From Octopus sinensis (taxonomy: Eukaryota): DNA of 64,000 nucleotides. Of the stretch, positions 13,925-26,419 are shown piece after piece. Every line of letters begins with the position of its first letter. Position 1 is the first letter of the stretch. Location: the NCBI RefSeq assembly GCF_006345805.1, contig NC_042998.1, positions 28,148,001-28,212,000 on the forward strand. The letters run 5' to 3'. The notes below the pieces were generated by a model that ran no database searches, was not told the origin of the DNA, and saw only the letters and a list, made by a program, of their open reading frames with translations. Position numbers and translations under genes: made by a program.

Positions 13925-14570
13925 CTTTCTTTTTTATCTTTTACTTGTTTACTTGACTGCGGCCATGCTGGAGCACCATCTTGAGTTTTTAATATAATCA
14001 ATTGACCCCAGTACTTATATTTTAAGCCTGGTACTTATTATATCGTGGAGGCGCGTGGCTTAGTGGTTAGGGTGTCAGCATCATGATCATAAGATTCCTG
14101 GACCGGGCGACGCGTTGTGTTCTTGAGCAAAACACTTCATTTCACTTTGCTCCAGTCCACTCAGCTGGCAAAAATTAGTAATGCTGCGATGGACTGGCGT
14201 CCCGTCCAGCTGGGGAACACACACACCATTGAAACTGGGAAACTGGGCCCATGAGCCTGGCTAGGCTTTAAAAGGGCGCGCTTATTTTTTTTTATTTTAC
14301 TCCTTATATCGGTATCGTTTGTCGAAACGTGAAGTTACGGGGACTTAAACACACCAACAAGGGTTGTCAAGTGGTGATGGCGGGGAGGCAAACACACACG
14401 CCTAGATACATATACATATATATACGACGGGCTTCTTTCAGTTTCCGTCAACCAAATCCACTCACAAGGCTTTGCTCAGCTCGAGGCTATAGTAGAAGAC
14501 ACTTGCCCAAGGTTCCATGCAGTGGGACTGAACTCAGAGACCTGTAGTTGGGAAGCAAGTTTCTTACCAC
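13925..14570 (-). mobile_element. SINE family B, split by a family D insertion
   Basis: Tail at 13925-14045, body resumes at 14304. Confidence 0.8.
14046..14303 (+). mobile_element. SINE family D nested in family B
   Basis: 8-bp target duplication TTATATCG at 14038-45 and 14304-11; tRNA head; GATGGACTGGCGTCCCGTCCAG core resembling V-SINE-type domains (not verified). Confidence 0.85.
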
Positions 14571-14602
14571 ACCAATAGACGCTGTTTAATAATTATACAT
14601 TT

Positions 14603-15060
14603 AGGCCTAATCATGGTTGTGTGGCAAGAATCTTGCTTCGCAAGATCATGGTTTGGGGTTCAGTTCCACAATGTGGCATCTTGGGCAAGTCACTTCTACT
14701 ATAGCCCCGGGCCGATCTAGGCATGGTGAATGAATTTCGTAGACGGAGACAGTAAGAAGCCCGTCCTATGTAAATATATCTATATGTGTGTGTTTGTGTG
14801 CATGCGCGTGTGTATGCATGCATGTATATATCTATATATGTATTTCCTTGTGTATGTGTTTCTTCACACTATCACTTCACAACCGGTGTCGGCTTGTTTA
14901 CGTCCCCGTAAATTAGCTGTTGTTCTGCAAAAAAGACCAATAGAATAAATACCTGGTTTGGAAATAAGTGCCGGAGTCGGAGTCGATTTGTTCGACTGAA
15001 CCCTTCAAGGGGTTGCTCCAGCATGACCGCAATCCAATCACTGAAACAAGTAGAAAACAA
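14603..15060 (+). mobile_element. Diverged SINE family B
   Basis: GGGCAAGTCACTTCTACTATAGCCCCGGGCCGA core, GAAACAAGTA tail. Confidence 0.8.
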
Positions 15061-15460
15061 AGGACAATTTTGATCGTCATATAATTAATTACCGTTCTTA
15101 AATCAAAGGCTTTGTTTGGAACAAGTATCGATTGTCTTAGTTTTGTCTTTATTAGGACTCATCAAGCATCACTTTTCTCCGCGTCCAAAACTGTCAAAAA
15201 CAAATACCGTCTAACTTTGACTAATTTTGACTAAATAAACGTGGTTTTCTCGTTTCGGTCTTTGTTCCAGTATAACATCTTATTTTCGATTAGATATATA
15301 ATTATTTATTGTACTTCTAAGAAAATAACTCTGAAGTTATGTAGTATAATAAATGTCAAACAGCCATTACTAATTTGTATATTGAATATTTAGTCATACG
15401 TTTGGTATCATACAGAAATAGACATTTATGATTTTTCTATTCAAACAACTCTAATCATCA

Positions 15461-15462
<2 letters not shown>

Positions 15463-15506
<44 letters not shown>

Positions 15507-15557
15507 ATATATTATATATATATATATATTATATATATATATAATAAATATATATAT

Positions 15558-15612
<55 letters not shown>

Positions 15613-15620
15613 TATATATA

Positions 15621-15651
<31 letters not shown>

Positions 15652-15662
15652 TAAATATATAT

Positions 15663-15713
<51 letters not shown>

Positions 15714-15731
15714 AATATATATATATAATAT

Positions 15732-15803
<72 letters not shown>
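15463..15803. repeat. (TA)n microsatellite, about 340 bp
   Basis: Direct repeats. Confidence 0.95.
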
Positions 15804-15806
<3 letters not shown>

Positions 15807-17896
15807 TTTTAGAAGAATCACAAAATAATTCTATTTAAAGGTCATACAATTCTTTCCTCTGGCATTCTCGAACGATTATATTTCTTTATTTTGTCGAAAA
15901 CATTTTCAAAATTCTCTCTACCGAAAACGTATTTACATACATGCAAGTTTGTGTAAGTGTATATGAGCGTGTGTGTGTGCGTACACACATATATATTCAT
16001 ACAGCTTACCACTATGTAAAGTAAAATACACATCGCCTTTCTCTCTCTCTCTCTCACACACACACATATACGCGCGCCCACACACATAAACATATGTGCA
16101 AAACATATATTCAATTATATTCACAATACGTGAATATACTATGAACAAAATTATTTTCGACAGAACTTCTGAGATAAAAATTGGTCATTATACGTAAACG
16201 GCTCTATTAAGTGTAATGCCTGAAATTTGGTTCGCTCGGTCGCAGTGTTTCGGTCGTTATTACCCCCGGGCTTGTTAGATTGCCTCTCATATTTGGTAAA
16301 TTTCTGGTAATTTCGACCAGAAGACGTTCTTTAATCTACGGAGGAAGATTATTTTCATTCCGTCCATATCTGGTCATTTTTGATATTATATGGAAAACTA
16401 CGAGCAAGAGAAATAATATTCTTAAGATTATGAACCTGGAAAATTACAGGAGAAGTTATTGCACTTGGAAAAGTTCAGGTCAGCTTATTCCATCTGGTAA
16501 AGTACAGAACAAGACATTTTTTACTTAATATATTGCAGCTAAGAATAATATTTCATATTAAAATATTTAGATTTAGAAAATATTAGCTTTTATTACGAGT
16601 TATTACTTCTATTTGTTATTACTTGCTACTTCTATTAAAAATATAAAAAATAACTCACTTTAAAAAAAATTAATTTTTAAAATTAATTATTAGAAATTTG
16701 AAAATAGGCTATAAAAAAATAATAGTAGTACATAATTAATTAGTACAATAAATAGAATAATACAAAATTTGTTATATATTGCAGTAAAATCTATTTATAA
16801 CAACAAATTCACAGTAAAATTACTAAGTTATTGCCAAGTCTTCACACTTTTAGTTTTGACCTATTGCCTATTTTTTGCTTAATGAATTTGCCTACCATAT
16901 ACACTATTCTACTTTGCATAAAACTTTAGCTATATTGGTTCTTCTGGCTCTCATTTGTTAAGTATTCTAGTGTGTCAGTATTTTAACAAAAGGATGGTAC
17001 CGTTTTTAATTATAATGTTACTTTGTAAATTAAAATCAAATAATTTTTAATATTCAAATTTTATCCTTAGCTGCGATATAAAATTTTCTTGTTCTGTACT
17101 TTACCAGATGTAATAAGCTGTCCTGAACATTTCCAAGATAACCTGTCCTGTAATTTTCCAAGTTTATAATCTTAAAAAATATTATTTCTCTTGCTCGCAT
17201 TTTTCCATGTGATCCATGTTTTTTTTTTCCAGGCTATGCTATTATGCTAATTAATAATGTGTCAAATGTGCCAATTAGCGGTGTCGTTGATAATTATTTC
17301 CTTATCTCAATGACACCGGTGACGTATTAAAAATCCCCTTATAGAACTATATTCATAAAAACAGTATAGAACTATATTATCACCCTCAAATTCATAACTT
17401 TTTTCTTTTAAAACTTCATTGCATGACATTGATACCATGAAATTCCTCGAATTGAGCTCTATCATTTAAGCTTAATTAAGCTTAATTAAATTAATTTGTT
17501 TAAAAAATAAAAAAGTTAATTATGCTTAAATCCTATAACGTTGCTACAACTTTCGTTGTAAACTTTTTTCTGCAGGATCAAATCTCAATATTTTTATGCC
17601 AAAACGTAGCTAGGCACCAGTCGTCTTCCAAAATGTTAACAGTTTTTAATTTGGTTATGAACTGAATTAGTGACAAGCTCTGAAAGATGCAGCATGTGAG
17701 TAACTTGAGGTGAATAATTAACTATATTGAACTTCTGATGTTGTTGGTTTATTCCACTTAAACCAGAGAACAAGCATACACATATAAACGTATATATATA
17801 TATATATCTATATATATATATATATATAATAAATGCAATTTTATATGAGTATCTAGAATATAATGAAGAAATCTGCTTATTAATTAGGTATGTAAC

Positions 17897-18344
17897 TAGG
17901 GCCGGATTAAGACCTTCACAGGCCCTAAGCACTTAATAAGTTTTGGTGACCTAAAGTATATGTATATGATTCAAAATATAAACAAAAATAATTTAAAATG
18001 TAAACAATAATGAACCATAAAATTAATTTTTTGTTTTTCAAAATGAAATAAAATTCACAATAAAATGGATAATAATGTTAATTTTTGTATGCTTCCATTT
18101 TATTTATATTTGAAAAGTTTTCTCTGTTTTTTTTTTAATTGCAAAGTGTTTGATAATATCGTTAAAATTAATTTTGCATAAAACTTCTGCTTCTATACTT
18201 AGTAGAGATAAAGCATTATGAATATTATTTTAGTAAGTTTAAAATGATTTCTTTCGTGCCGTAAACCATTCTCATTTCTGTGGTGCCCCGACCTTTGATG
18301 CCCTAAGCACATGTTTATTTTGCTAAATGGTTAATCCAGCGCTG
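17897..18344. mobile_element. hAT-like MITE
   Basis: TIRs TAGGGCCGGATTAA / TTAATCCAGCGCTG; 8-bp flanks TATGTAAC / CCTGTAAC (6 of 8 match); subterminal GCCCTAAGCAC twice. Confidence 0.7.
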
Positions 18345-19430
18345 CCTGTAACGGTTACTAAAAGAAAGCAATTATTAAAGATTTGACCGTCTGGAAATTT
18401 TTTTTATTAATTCATATTCCAAGAAATATCCTGTAATTTCGATTTCTAAAGTTTATTGAATATTTGAACTAGAAGTTTTTCTCTCATTTAAATATTCGTT
18501 GCATTCACTGCGGAGTAGATTTAATAAACAATATTAATTCGTTGCAGGCGACATTTTCCGTTTTCACTTGCAACAGTATCTCACTCTCTCTCGCCTCTAG
18601 TTTCATTAATGATAATATAATATATATTCATTTCAATGTTTTCCTTTCAAGTTTCAATTCGTTATTTGCAAAACCCAATGTTTATTCTATATATGTAATG
18701 CAGAAAAAGTATTTAGTGAATGATTGAGTGTTAATAGACAAAATATCTGTATAACTTTGAGGCTTCCGTGATATAGTATACCGGCATAATTAAAAAAGAA
18801 GTATATAAAGAAGTGATTTTGTTGGTTTGGCTATTTGGAATAAAAACTATGTGGTCGCTGCTATTTCTAGCACGCTAAACGTGCTATGGTTACCTTGTAG
18901 TAACTTTAAATTACAGATATATTACAACTACGGTAAATTACTGAAAGAAATATTTACTAAGCAAGTGAGATTTCTTTTATAAATTGAAGTTTTCGGGAAA
19001 ATTTACTTTCTGGACTTCCTTTAATTGTTTAATATTTCAAGTTCACAAATTTAAATATTCCGTAGATGTTTTGCCATTCTTTCGCTTGAACCCGCACCCC
19101 ATGTTAGTTTCAGTAAAAAGGATTTATTTACTTTTTTGCCCCGTGTTCAGTTGTATGTATTTGTATTCAGTCACATACACGTGTGATTTTGTATGTGCGT
19201 TTGAATACATTAATGTGTGTGAGTGTTTCTGTGTGTGTGTGTGTGGTGTGTGTGAGAGAGAGAGAGAGAGAGTGTGTGAAGAGGTGTGTTGTCATGTATA
19301 TGTACATAAATAAATACATACATATACTTCATTTTGTATGTATCTGTGTATGTGTGAGAGAGAGGAGTGAGAGAAAGAGTGATTTCTAAGTGGTATTCAC
19401 TCTCTCGCTCTCTCTCTCTCTCCCTCTCTC

Positions 19431-19475
<45 letters not shown>

Positions 19476-19767
19476 TATCCATTTCACATACACGTACATA
19501 CACCTTTCAATTTCTCCTCTCTTTCACTTTAAAACAAAAGTTAATAAAAAAAATTTTCTTACGGAAATTAACAAACAATACCAGCTGTTCATTTTGGCAT
19601 TTCTGAGAATTCAACCCAAAGAATGCCGAAAGTTTTTAATGAACTTTTATTTATATGATTTTTTTCATTTCATGTTTATTTCATTCATTGTTTTCAATGT
19701 TGTCTCTCACCACCCTCACACACATACACACCAACATACACATACACCCACACACATGCACTGTCTC

Positions 19768-19878
19768 TCTCTAATATATACACACACACATTGTCACTCT
19801 AATATAAACACACACACATTGTCACTCTAATATAAACACACACACACACACTGTCTCTGTAATATAAACACGCACGCA
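19768..19878. repeat. About 28-bp minisatellite, about 4 units
   Basis: CACTCTAATATAAACACACACACATTGT-like unit repeated. Confidence 0.8.
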
Positions 19879-19904
19879 GTCCAGGTTCGACTAGAAGAAA
19901 ACCG

Positions 19905-20078
19905 CCCGGTGATGCGTTGTGTTCTTGAGCAAAACACTTTATTTAAAGTTGCTCCAATCCACCCAGCTGGCAAAAATGAGTAACACTGCGTGGGACCGGC
20001 GTCCCGTCCAGGTGGGGAATTCCTACGCCACTGAAACCGTGAAACCGGCCCTTATGCGCCTGGCATGGCTCAAGAAGA
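19905..20078 (+). mobile_element. SINE family D fragment
   Basis: GCGTTGTGTTCTTGAGCAAAACAC…GGCGTCCCGTCCAG shared with 14046. Confidence 0.8.
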
Positions 20079-20547
20079 AACATATATATGCTTATGTATC
20101 ACGTAGCTCAGAGCAAAATATGTTTGAATTTTGCAGTGTACTGTTACTACAAAAAACGTCTTTTCTGTGATGTAAGCTATTGATGAACAAAACCGATAAC
20201 TATTCGTATTTTCTTTGAATTGATTTGAGTTTGATAATTATGCTCTGCGAAACTCCATTTTTATGCATTGGTTTTAGCGTTGCAGCTAACCTGGAAACTT
20301 TAATAAATCGATATAGCTCTCTTTTCCAGCGGTTGAAGATGTATTATATCTAAAATGATGATGTCTACGAAACAAAATGGATACTAAACAGATAATGTTG
20401 CATTTGTCACTGGAATACTGATCTTATCAGTTTGATGGCTTGACAAGTAACAGAATAACTAGATTCGGGAGACCTGCTTTGAAATTTCTCCTATAACACA
20501 ATAAATATTCTATCTGTCTTGAAATAATCTTCGAGTAATATGAGAAA

Positions 20548-20804
20548 TTACACAAAATAAGGGACGGCTGGTTTGTGAAATAATTCCTTCGGAAGGTTGA
20601 CTACTATTTGAGCAGGAGTGATGGTTCTGTTGTGTTCCTTTACTACCCTCTCCGAGTAATTGATTTCATGATAGTTTTGCGTTATCCCAAATGTACTTTG
20701 TATTTTGAGACCGCTTCGCAATTCCTTTCTCTTGTTAACGGACACTCTTGTCTGTCTTATGAATGTCAGATTTCTGTTATTGATGGTGGCGATGACACGA
20801 CTTC
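20548..20804 (-). CDS. Candidate host coding exon (extracellular-type sequence)
   Basis: TTCTAG acceptor, 85 open codons (SRVIATINNRNLTF…IVVNLPKELFHKP), three NxS/T sequons, non-repetitive; donor weak. Confidence 0.3.
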
Positions 20805-21317
20805 CTAGAAGACTCCATTGTCAATAAAAAGCTTGTAATTCTAAATGACCTTTATACAATCTTAACTCAAGTTCAAACATATCTGGCTTCCGTTCCTTTG
20901 AAAATGTTACACAAGACAATTAATTAACACACTCATACACACACAAACACACCCAACCCCGCACGCTCGGACGCACGCACGCATACACACACACACACAC
21001 GTACACTCCCCCACATATATTTAGTCTAAATCATCAGTCGACTAAAAGAATTTATGAAAGCAGGAAATAATTTCCAACAGAATTCAATGATAGTATCGAT
21101 TTTTCGTGTAATAAAGACTACAATAGAGCCTGTGATTACCGAAGACACGTCAGCTATTACAAGGGAGATAATCATTTCTTTATCCTCTGAGTAAGGATAA
21201 GAAATTGGGAATTATGAGGAAAAAGGTGCATAGAATTTATATATTTAATTTTTTGTTTACTTACAACGAAGTTTACAGTTCTAACACATTTCTATATTTA
21301 AGAGATGAGGAATTATG

Positions 21318-21560
21318 TCCATTATTTACATTATTTACATTTGACGGATATCTGTCTCCATCTTTTTTGTTGTTAACACAACGTTTTGGCTGATACACCC
21401 TCCAGCCTTCATCAGGTGTCTTGGAGAAATTTCGATTATGGGTTCTCATTCCTAAGGTATTTTTCGATGTTGATGTTGTTGTTGTTGTTGTTATTATTAT
21501 TATTTCGGGTCACTGTCTGGAATCGAACTCGGAATCTTGGGGTTAGTAGCCCACGCTCTA
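21318..21560 (-). mobile_element. tRNA-headed SINE carrying a hammerhead motif (family E)
   Basis: tRNA-like TAGAGCGTGGGCTACTAACCCC…GAGTTCGATTCC, (AAT/AAC)n linker, HHR, (ATGTAAATA)x2 tail. Confidence 0.75.
21375..21420 (-). ncRNA. Minimal type I hammerhead ribozyme motif, G12A mutant
   Basis: GACAC-CTGATGA-AGGCTG…CAGCC-AAAACGT-T-GTGTT; palindromic stem III ACGT. Confidence 0.6.
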
Positions 21561-21570
21561 TGGCGTAGTA

Positions 21571-21710
21571 ACCACCGCTAAGTTTCAGGGACGTAAACAC
21601 ATCAGCATCGGTTGTCAAGCGATGTTGGGGGACAAACACAGACACACAAACGTGTACACACGCATACACACACACACACACAAACATACATACATGCATA
21701 CATACATACA

Positions 21711-21745
<35 letters not shown>

Positions 21746-21912
21746 GTATATACGACAGTCTTCTTTCAGTTTCCGTCTACCAAATCCCCTCACAAATTTT
21801 TGGTCGGCCCGAGGCTATAGTAGAAGACACTTGCGCAAGGTGCCACGCGGTGGGACTGAACCCGAGCCATGTGGTTGGTAAGCAAGTTATTCACCACACA
21901 GCCACACCTGCG
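21571..21912 (-). mobile_element. SINE family B, 3'-truncated
   Basis: Family B head and core. Confidence 0.85.
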
Positions 21913-22892
21913 TAAACATACATATGTAAAATGGTTTTGCACGATTAGAATCACAAAATTCCATTCACAGATTATTTATGAACTGAAGACTGCTTAAGAT
22001 TCCACAGACTGAGATCGAACTCTGGACCACGGGTTTGTTAATCGAAATGTTTGACCAAAGGGCCATGTCGGTGCCTATGTTAAAATTTTGGCGTCTGACA
22101 AGTGAAAAGAAAATTTAGAAATATTTTCTCGGCAAGTGTCGTTTGAAAGTATTTGAATCTCTTAGTGTGCGCTCAAAGCTATATTTAAACAAAAACTTGA
22201 AAGGAAAACACCAGATACAGACAGAAAGCAACGTAAGGGCATGCTCATGTGAAAGCTAGAATATATCTTTGACGTTCCTTTATATCTGGAAACATAAAAC
22301 GTTTTGCATGGCGCTTTAAACCAATGTAACGACAGCGATTTCGTTTGATGTGAGGAGTGAAATAAAACAATTTCACTAGGTAGTGTGCGTTTTGAACTGT
22401 TGGACTTTACAATATTAAGAGCGGAGAGTATTTCTGTTCTGCATTTGAGTATAGTTCAATAACACTTTATCTTGGTCTAAGTAATAGAACAGATTATAAA
22501 CGAATCTTCTCACATTAGAAATATTCGATTACTATCAAGGATGATATAACTATCATGCGTCTGAGATTATAATAAATATTCTTCATAATTAGTTTCAAAT
22601 ATTAATAATTAATTGTAATATGGGTGAAAGACCAGCAATTTTGAATCGGGGAAGACAGTCAGTATCTTTTACCACAATTCTTCTGTGGCCCTTTATACCC
22701 TCGAAAGGAAGACAAGACAAGCTGACCTTGAAAGGATCTGAACTCTGAATGCAAAAGACCGGTGCATATAAGGCCAAGCTCACACGATTCTGTCAATATA
22801 TCACACTAAACTATTAGTTTAACATTTTAGCATGATGCCAACCAGTTCAAGTACTGGGTAAGTCGATTAAATCCACTCTAATTCTCAATTTC

Positions 22893-23367
22893 CATCTCAA
22901 CTCGAACTAAGCTCCGCTTATTTAGTTCAAATGTAAAATCGGTGCTTTTATATGGCTCTGAAACATGGAGATCCACCTGCAGCATCTACAAGAGGATCCA
23001 GACCTTCGTCAATAAATGTCTCCGGCAGATCCTCCATCTGAAGTGGTTCGACAGAGTGCCAAACACCAACCTGTGGGAAAGGGCCAACCAGGAGCCCATA
23101 CATGTCCAGATTAAACGAATGAAATGGAGATGGATCGGACACACACTGCAGAAATAAACCCTCAAATGTGACACGACAAGCACTTGACTGGGACAGGGGA
23201 AAAGGAAGCGAGGACACCCGAAGCAGACATGGAAGCGGAGCATTTTGGACGAGCTCAGGACCACCGGCCTGACATGGGAAGCAGCCAAGAAACACACCAA
23301 TGACTGGAAAAAGTGGAAAACAACTGTTGAGGCCCTATGCTCCACAATCGGCAAAAAGGATTAAGAA
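22893..23367 (+). mobile_element. RTE-clade LINE 3' fragment
   Basis: TKLRLFSSNVKSVLLYGSETW…KWRWIGHTL…GKRKRGHPKQTW…VEALCST; (AAG)n tail. Confidence 0.9.
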
Positions 23368-23524
23368 GAAGTTCTCAACTGTTACTGTGTTTTATCTATC
23401 CCATGAGGCAAAGTCGGTCTCAGCGGAATTTGAACTCAGAACGTGAGGACGGAGGCAATGCTACAAAGCATTTTGTTCGTTGTTCTTCGATTCTGCCAGC
23501 TCACCGCCTTACAATCTCATTAAA

Positions 23525-23923
23525 ATATTGTTTTCCAATTTTGGCACAAGGCCAGCAATTTCAAGGGAGTGGGTAATTCGATTATATCGACCCTAGTGCT
23601 CAACTTGTACTTGATTTCTCGACACCGAAAGGATGAAAGGCAAACTCGACCTCGGCGAAATTTGAACTCAGAACGTAGCAACGAGCGAAATACCTATTTC
23701 TTTACTACCCACAAGGGGCTAAACACAGAGAGGACCAACAAGGACAGACAAAGGGATTAAGTCGATTATATCAACCCCAGTGCGTAACTGGTACTTAATT
23801 TATCGACCCCGAAAGAATGAAAGGCAAAGTCGATCTCGGCGGAATTTGAACTCAGAACGTAACGGTAGACGAAATGCCGCTAAGCATTTCGCCTGCGTGC
23901 TAACGATTCTGCTAGCTCACCGC
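23525..23923 (-). mobile_element. SINE family A plus headless unit with alternative tail
   Basis: Junction GAAATAC|CTATTTC at 23693/4; second unit ends GGCCTTGTGCCAAAATTGG. Confidence 0.85.
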
Positions 23924-23964
23924 ATATAATCTAATATATAAAATCCGCTCTGTCTACCTGTGTG

Positions 23965-24520
23965 TGTGTGTCTTCTAGGGTGTCGGGCATCCTCCATCTG
24001 TTTGCGCTCAAATTTGTTAAGTAGATACCGACAGTATCAGGGCGTGTATAAGTCTTGAAAAAATTACAAAAATCGATTCCAGGTGAGAATGCGATCGATA
24101 AAGCTATGGGAACGTGCATATATAAAATCGCTTTTCTTGGAATAGAAAAAAGTCTACTTTTATTTCTTCTTTTGCTGGTGTCTCAAATTTAGGTTAAATC
24201 AGAGTTTCTCAAAGGGGTTTCTTATGGGACGGTGGGACAAGTTGTTTTGATAAAATTTGGTTTAAGTGTTTGACAACTCAGCACCGTCTATTGGCGTTTT
24301 GCTCGTATTAAATTATTAAGGCGATAATGTTAATAATTGTTCCCTGCCACTCATTTGGCTGTGCGCCTTTGCGGTTACGTCAGTTTACGCTCAGGTCTTT
24401 CTTTCTGTTGGTCATAAAATGTAGAACAGTCAAAATGTACGGAGAAGAAGTTATCAGCGTCCCGTTGTGGCCGCATTTAACCGTGTAAACCAATCAAACG
24501 AAAGAACACTAGCGGTAAAT
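23965..24520 (-). mobile_element. CR1/L2-like LINE 3' relic
   Basis: Stop-interrupted DCSTFY…PQRRTAK*VAG and ARSHSFIDRILTWN resemble CR1 QRRATK and NRVVNxWN motifs. Confidence 0.55.
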
Positions 24521-24984
24521 TGCATATTCATGCACATACATACTTGTGCTTGTGCACAAAGCTTGTGACTGTGTGCAGTATGTAATTGCATTTAATGTAA
24601 GTGTTTGTTTCTGATGCATAAAGTGTTGATGTGACGTTTGTATAGCATATAATGTTTATATTGGAACTTCCTGACATCTGGTTCTTTTCACTGCTGCTGT
24701 TAGCCGAAACGTACCGCTTCTGAGCTCGTGGCAGCGTAAGTAGCACTTTTACGATTTCAAGTTTGTGGATGTATTTCTGAGGGAGAAAGAGAGATACCAT
24801 TCTAAAGAGAAAGTGATAGAGAGAAAGACAAAGACTTCGAAGAGAAGAAAATTAAAGGAAAAAAAAAATGGAAACCTTTTAAGCGTTGAACATGGGAGCA
24901 AATCGATGAAAGAAACACTTATTAATACAATGAGTAAAGAAATGCAAGATAAAAAGGAAACGCGAATGTGTGAGAGAAAGAAAG

Positions 24985-25000
24985 ATAGATAGGTATCTAA

Positions 25001-25071
<71 letters not shown>

Positions 25072-25092
25072 GATAGGTAGATAGATAGATAA

Positions 25093-25157
<65 letters not shown>

Positions 25158-25195
25158 CAGACAGATAGATAAATAGATAGATAGACAGAAAGAAA
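24985..25195. repeat. (ATAG)n tetranucleotide repeat
   Basis: Direct repeats. Confidence 0.95.
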
Positions 25196-25483
25196 GAGGA
25201 AGACATAGAGAAAGTTCGAAGGCTGTTTCAGCAATTTAGATGTTGAATGGCTTTTCTTACTCGAAAAGCAAACAGTGGCAAATATTTATGTGGTCTCTAT
25301 GGGGGCAACCTGCGTGCAGCTGTCAGGTTGCAAATCGAATGTTTTATACTTTCGTCGCTAGCAGCAGCCAAGCAGTAATCCTTCACTGACATGCACTCCT
25401 AGCTTTCAGGGCCTTAGCATACAACCTATTAGTCGGTTTATTTTCCATACTTCTACAATGGACATACAAATGGCATGAGAAAT

Positions 25484-25544
<61 letters not shown>

Positions 25545-25706
25545 GTATGTATATGTGTATGTATGTATATATGTATGTGTGTGGTAGGCATGTATGTATT
25601 TATGCATATATATGTATATATATGTATGATATATACATGTATGTATGTATGTATGTGTATATATATATAATTAATTTTATTGTATCGCATTATCTTTGTT
25701 TATATA

Positions 25707-25737
<31 letters not shown>

Positions 25738-25757
25738 ATATTATATATATATTTTAT

Positions 25758-25908
25758 GAAGGAGCTTCTACAGGACTAGAACTGTTTCATTCAAATGAAT
25801 GAAACAGTTCTAGTCCTGTAGAAGCTCCTTCTATAAAATAAATTAATTTATCTGCTATGTATTGAGTACCTTATTTACTGTGGTTAACCCCGACTCAACC
25901 CGGGACCT
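25758..25908 (+). mobile_element. PLE end remnant with a perfect 74-bp palindrome
   Basis: 35-bp arms; right arm GAAAC AGTTCTA GTC resembles the 3' half of an HHR; TA tracts on both sides. Confidence 0.55.
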
Positions 25909-25910
25909 AC

Positions 25911-25962
<52 letters not shown>

Positions 25963-26183
25963 AGATCCAAGAATCGAGGTTGTAGGAAGACAGCTTCAAG
26001 TTAACCGTAGAAAATAAAAAAAAACAGCTTGAAAGGACCATAGTGGTTTATTGATTGTGTGGATTGTTTCCGTATCGAAGTATGATAAACAGAAGATATA
26101 TTTTATATTTCACGGTAGGAAGGCAGGGTTGCCAGGTATTCGAATAAAATACAAGAGTTAAGGAATGGAGTACATAATATGCG

Positions 26184-26255
26184 GGCTACATATGTTTCAT
26201 AGCGACCGGAACCTCGGAAGCAGTAAATATCCAAGCGAGGTGTATTCGGCAGGCC
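26184..26255 (-). ncRNA. Hammerhead relic (A6C) in a repeat at about 25960-26400
   Basis: GGC-CTGCCGA-ATA…TAT-GAA-ACATATGT-A-GCC; palindromic stem III, GUA site. Confidence 0.55.
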
Positions 26256-26419
26256 AAAGGTATCTTGATTAAATAGTGTTTACATTGTCGTAAGGAGGAA
26301 CATGTCGACGCACGGACGATTCGATCAGAATGTGTAGAGAGCAAGGCTAGAGAAGAGAATATAATGTGAAGAGGAAATAAGGAGTGTAAGATAGAAAGGA
26401 ATATTTATATATATATATA

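Noticed and set aside
15125-15175. Minus-strand CTTGATGAGTCC…GACAAAAC hammerhead-like string
   Set aside because: Core, stem II and stem III all damaged; no cleavage triplet
17275-17600. Short hairpin plus GCTTAATTAAGCTTAATTAA, possible DNA-transposon relic
   Set aside because: No matching termini or second copy in the window
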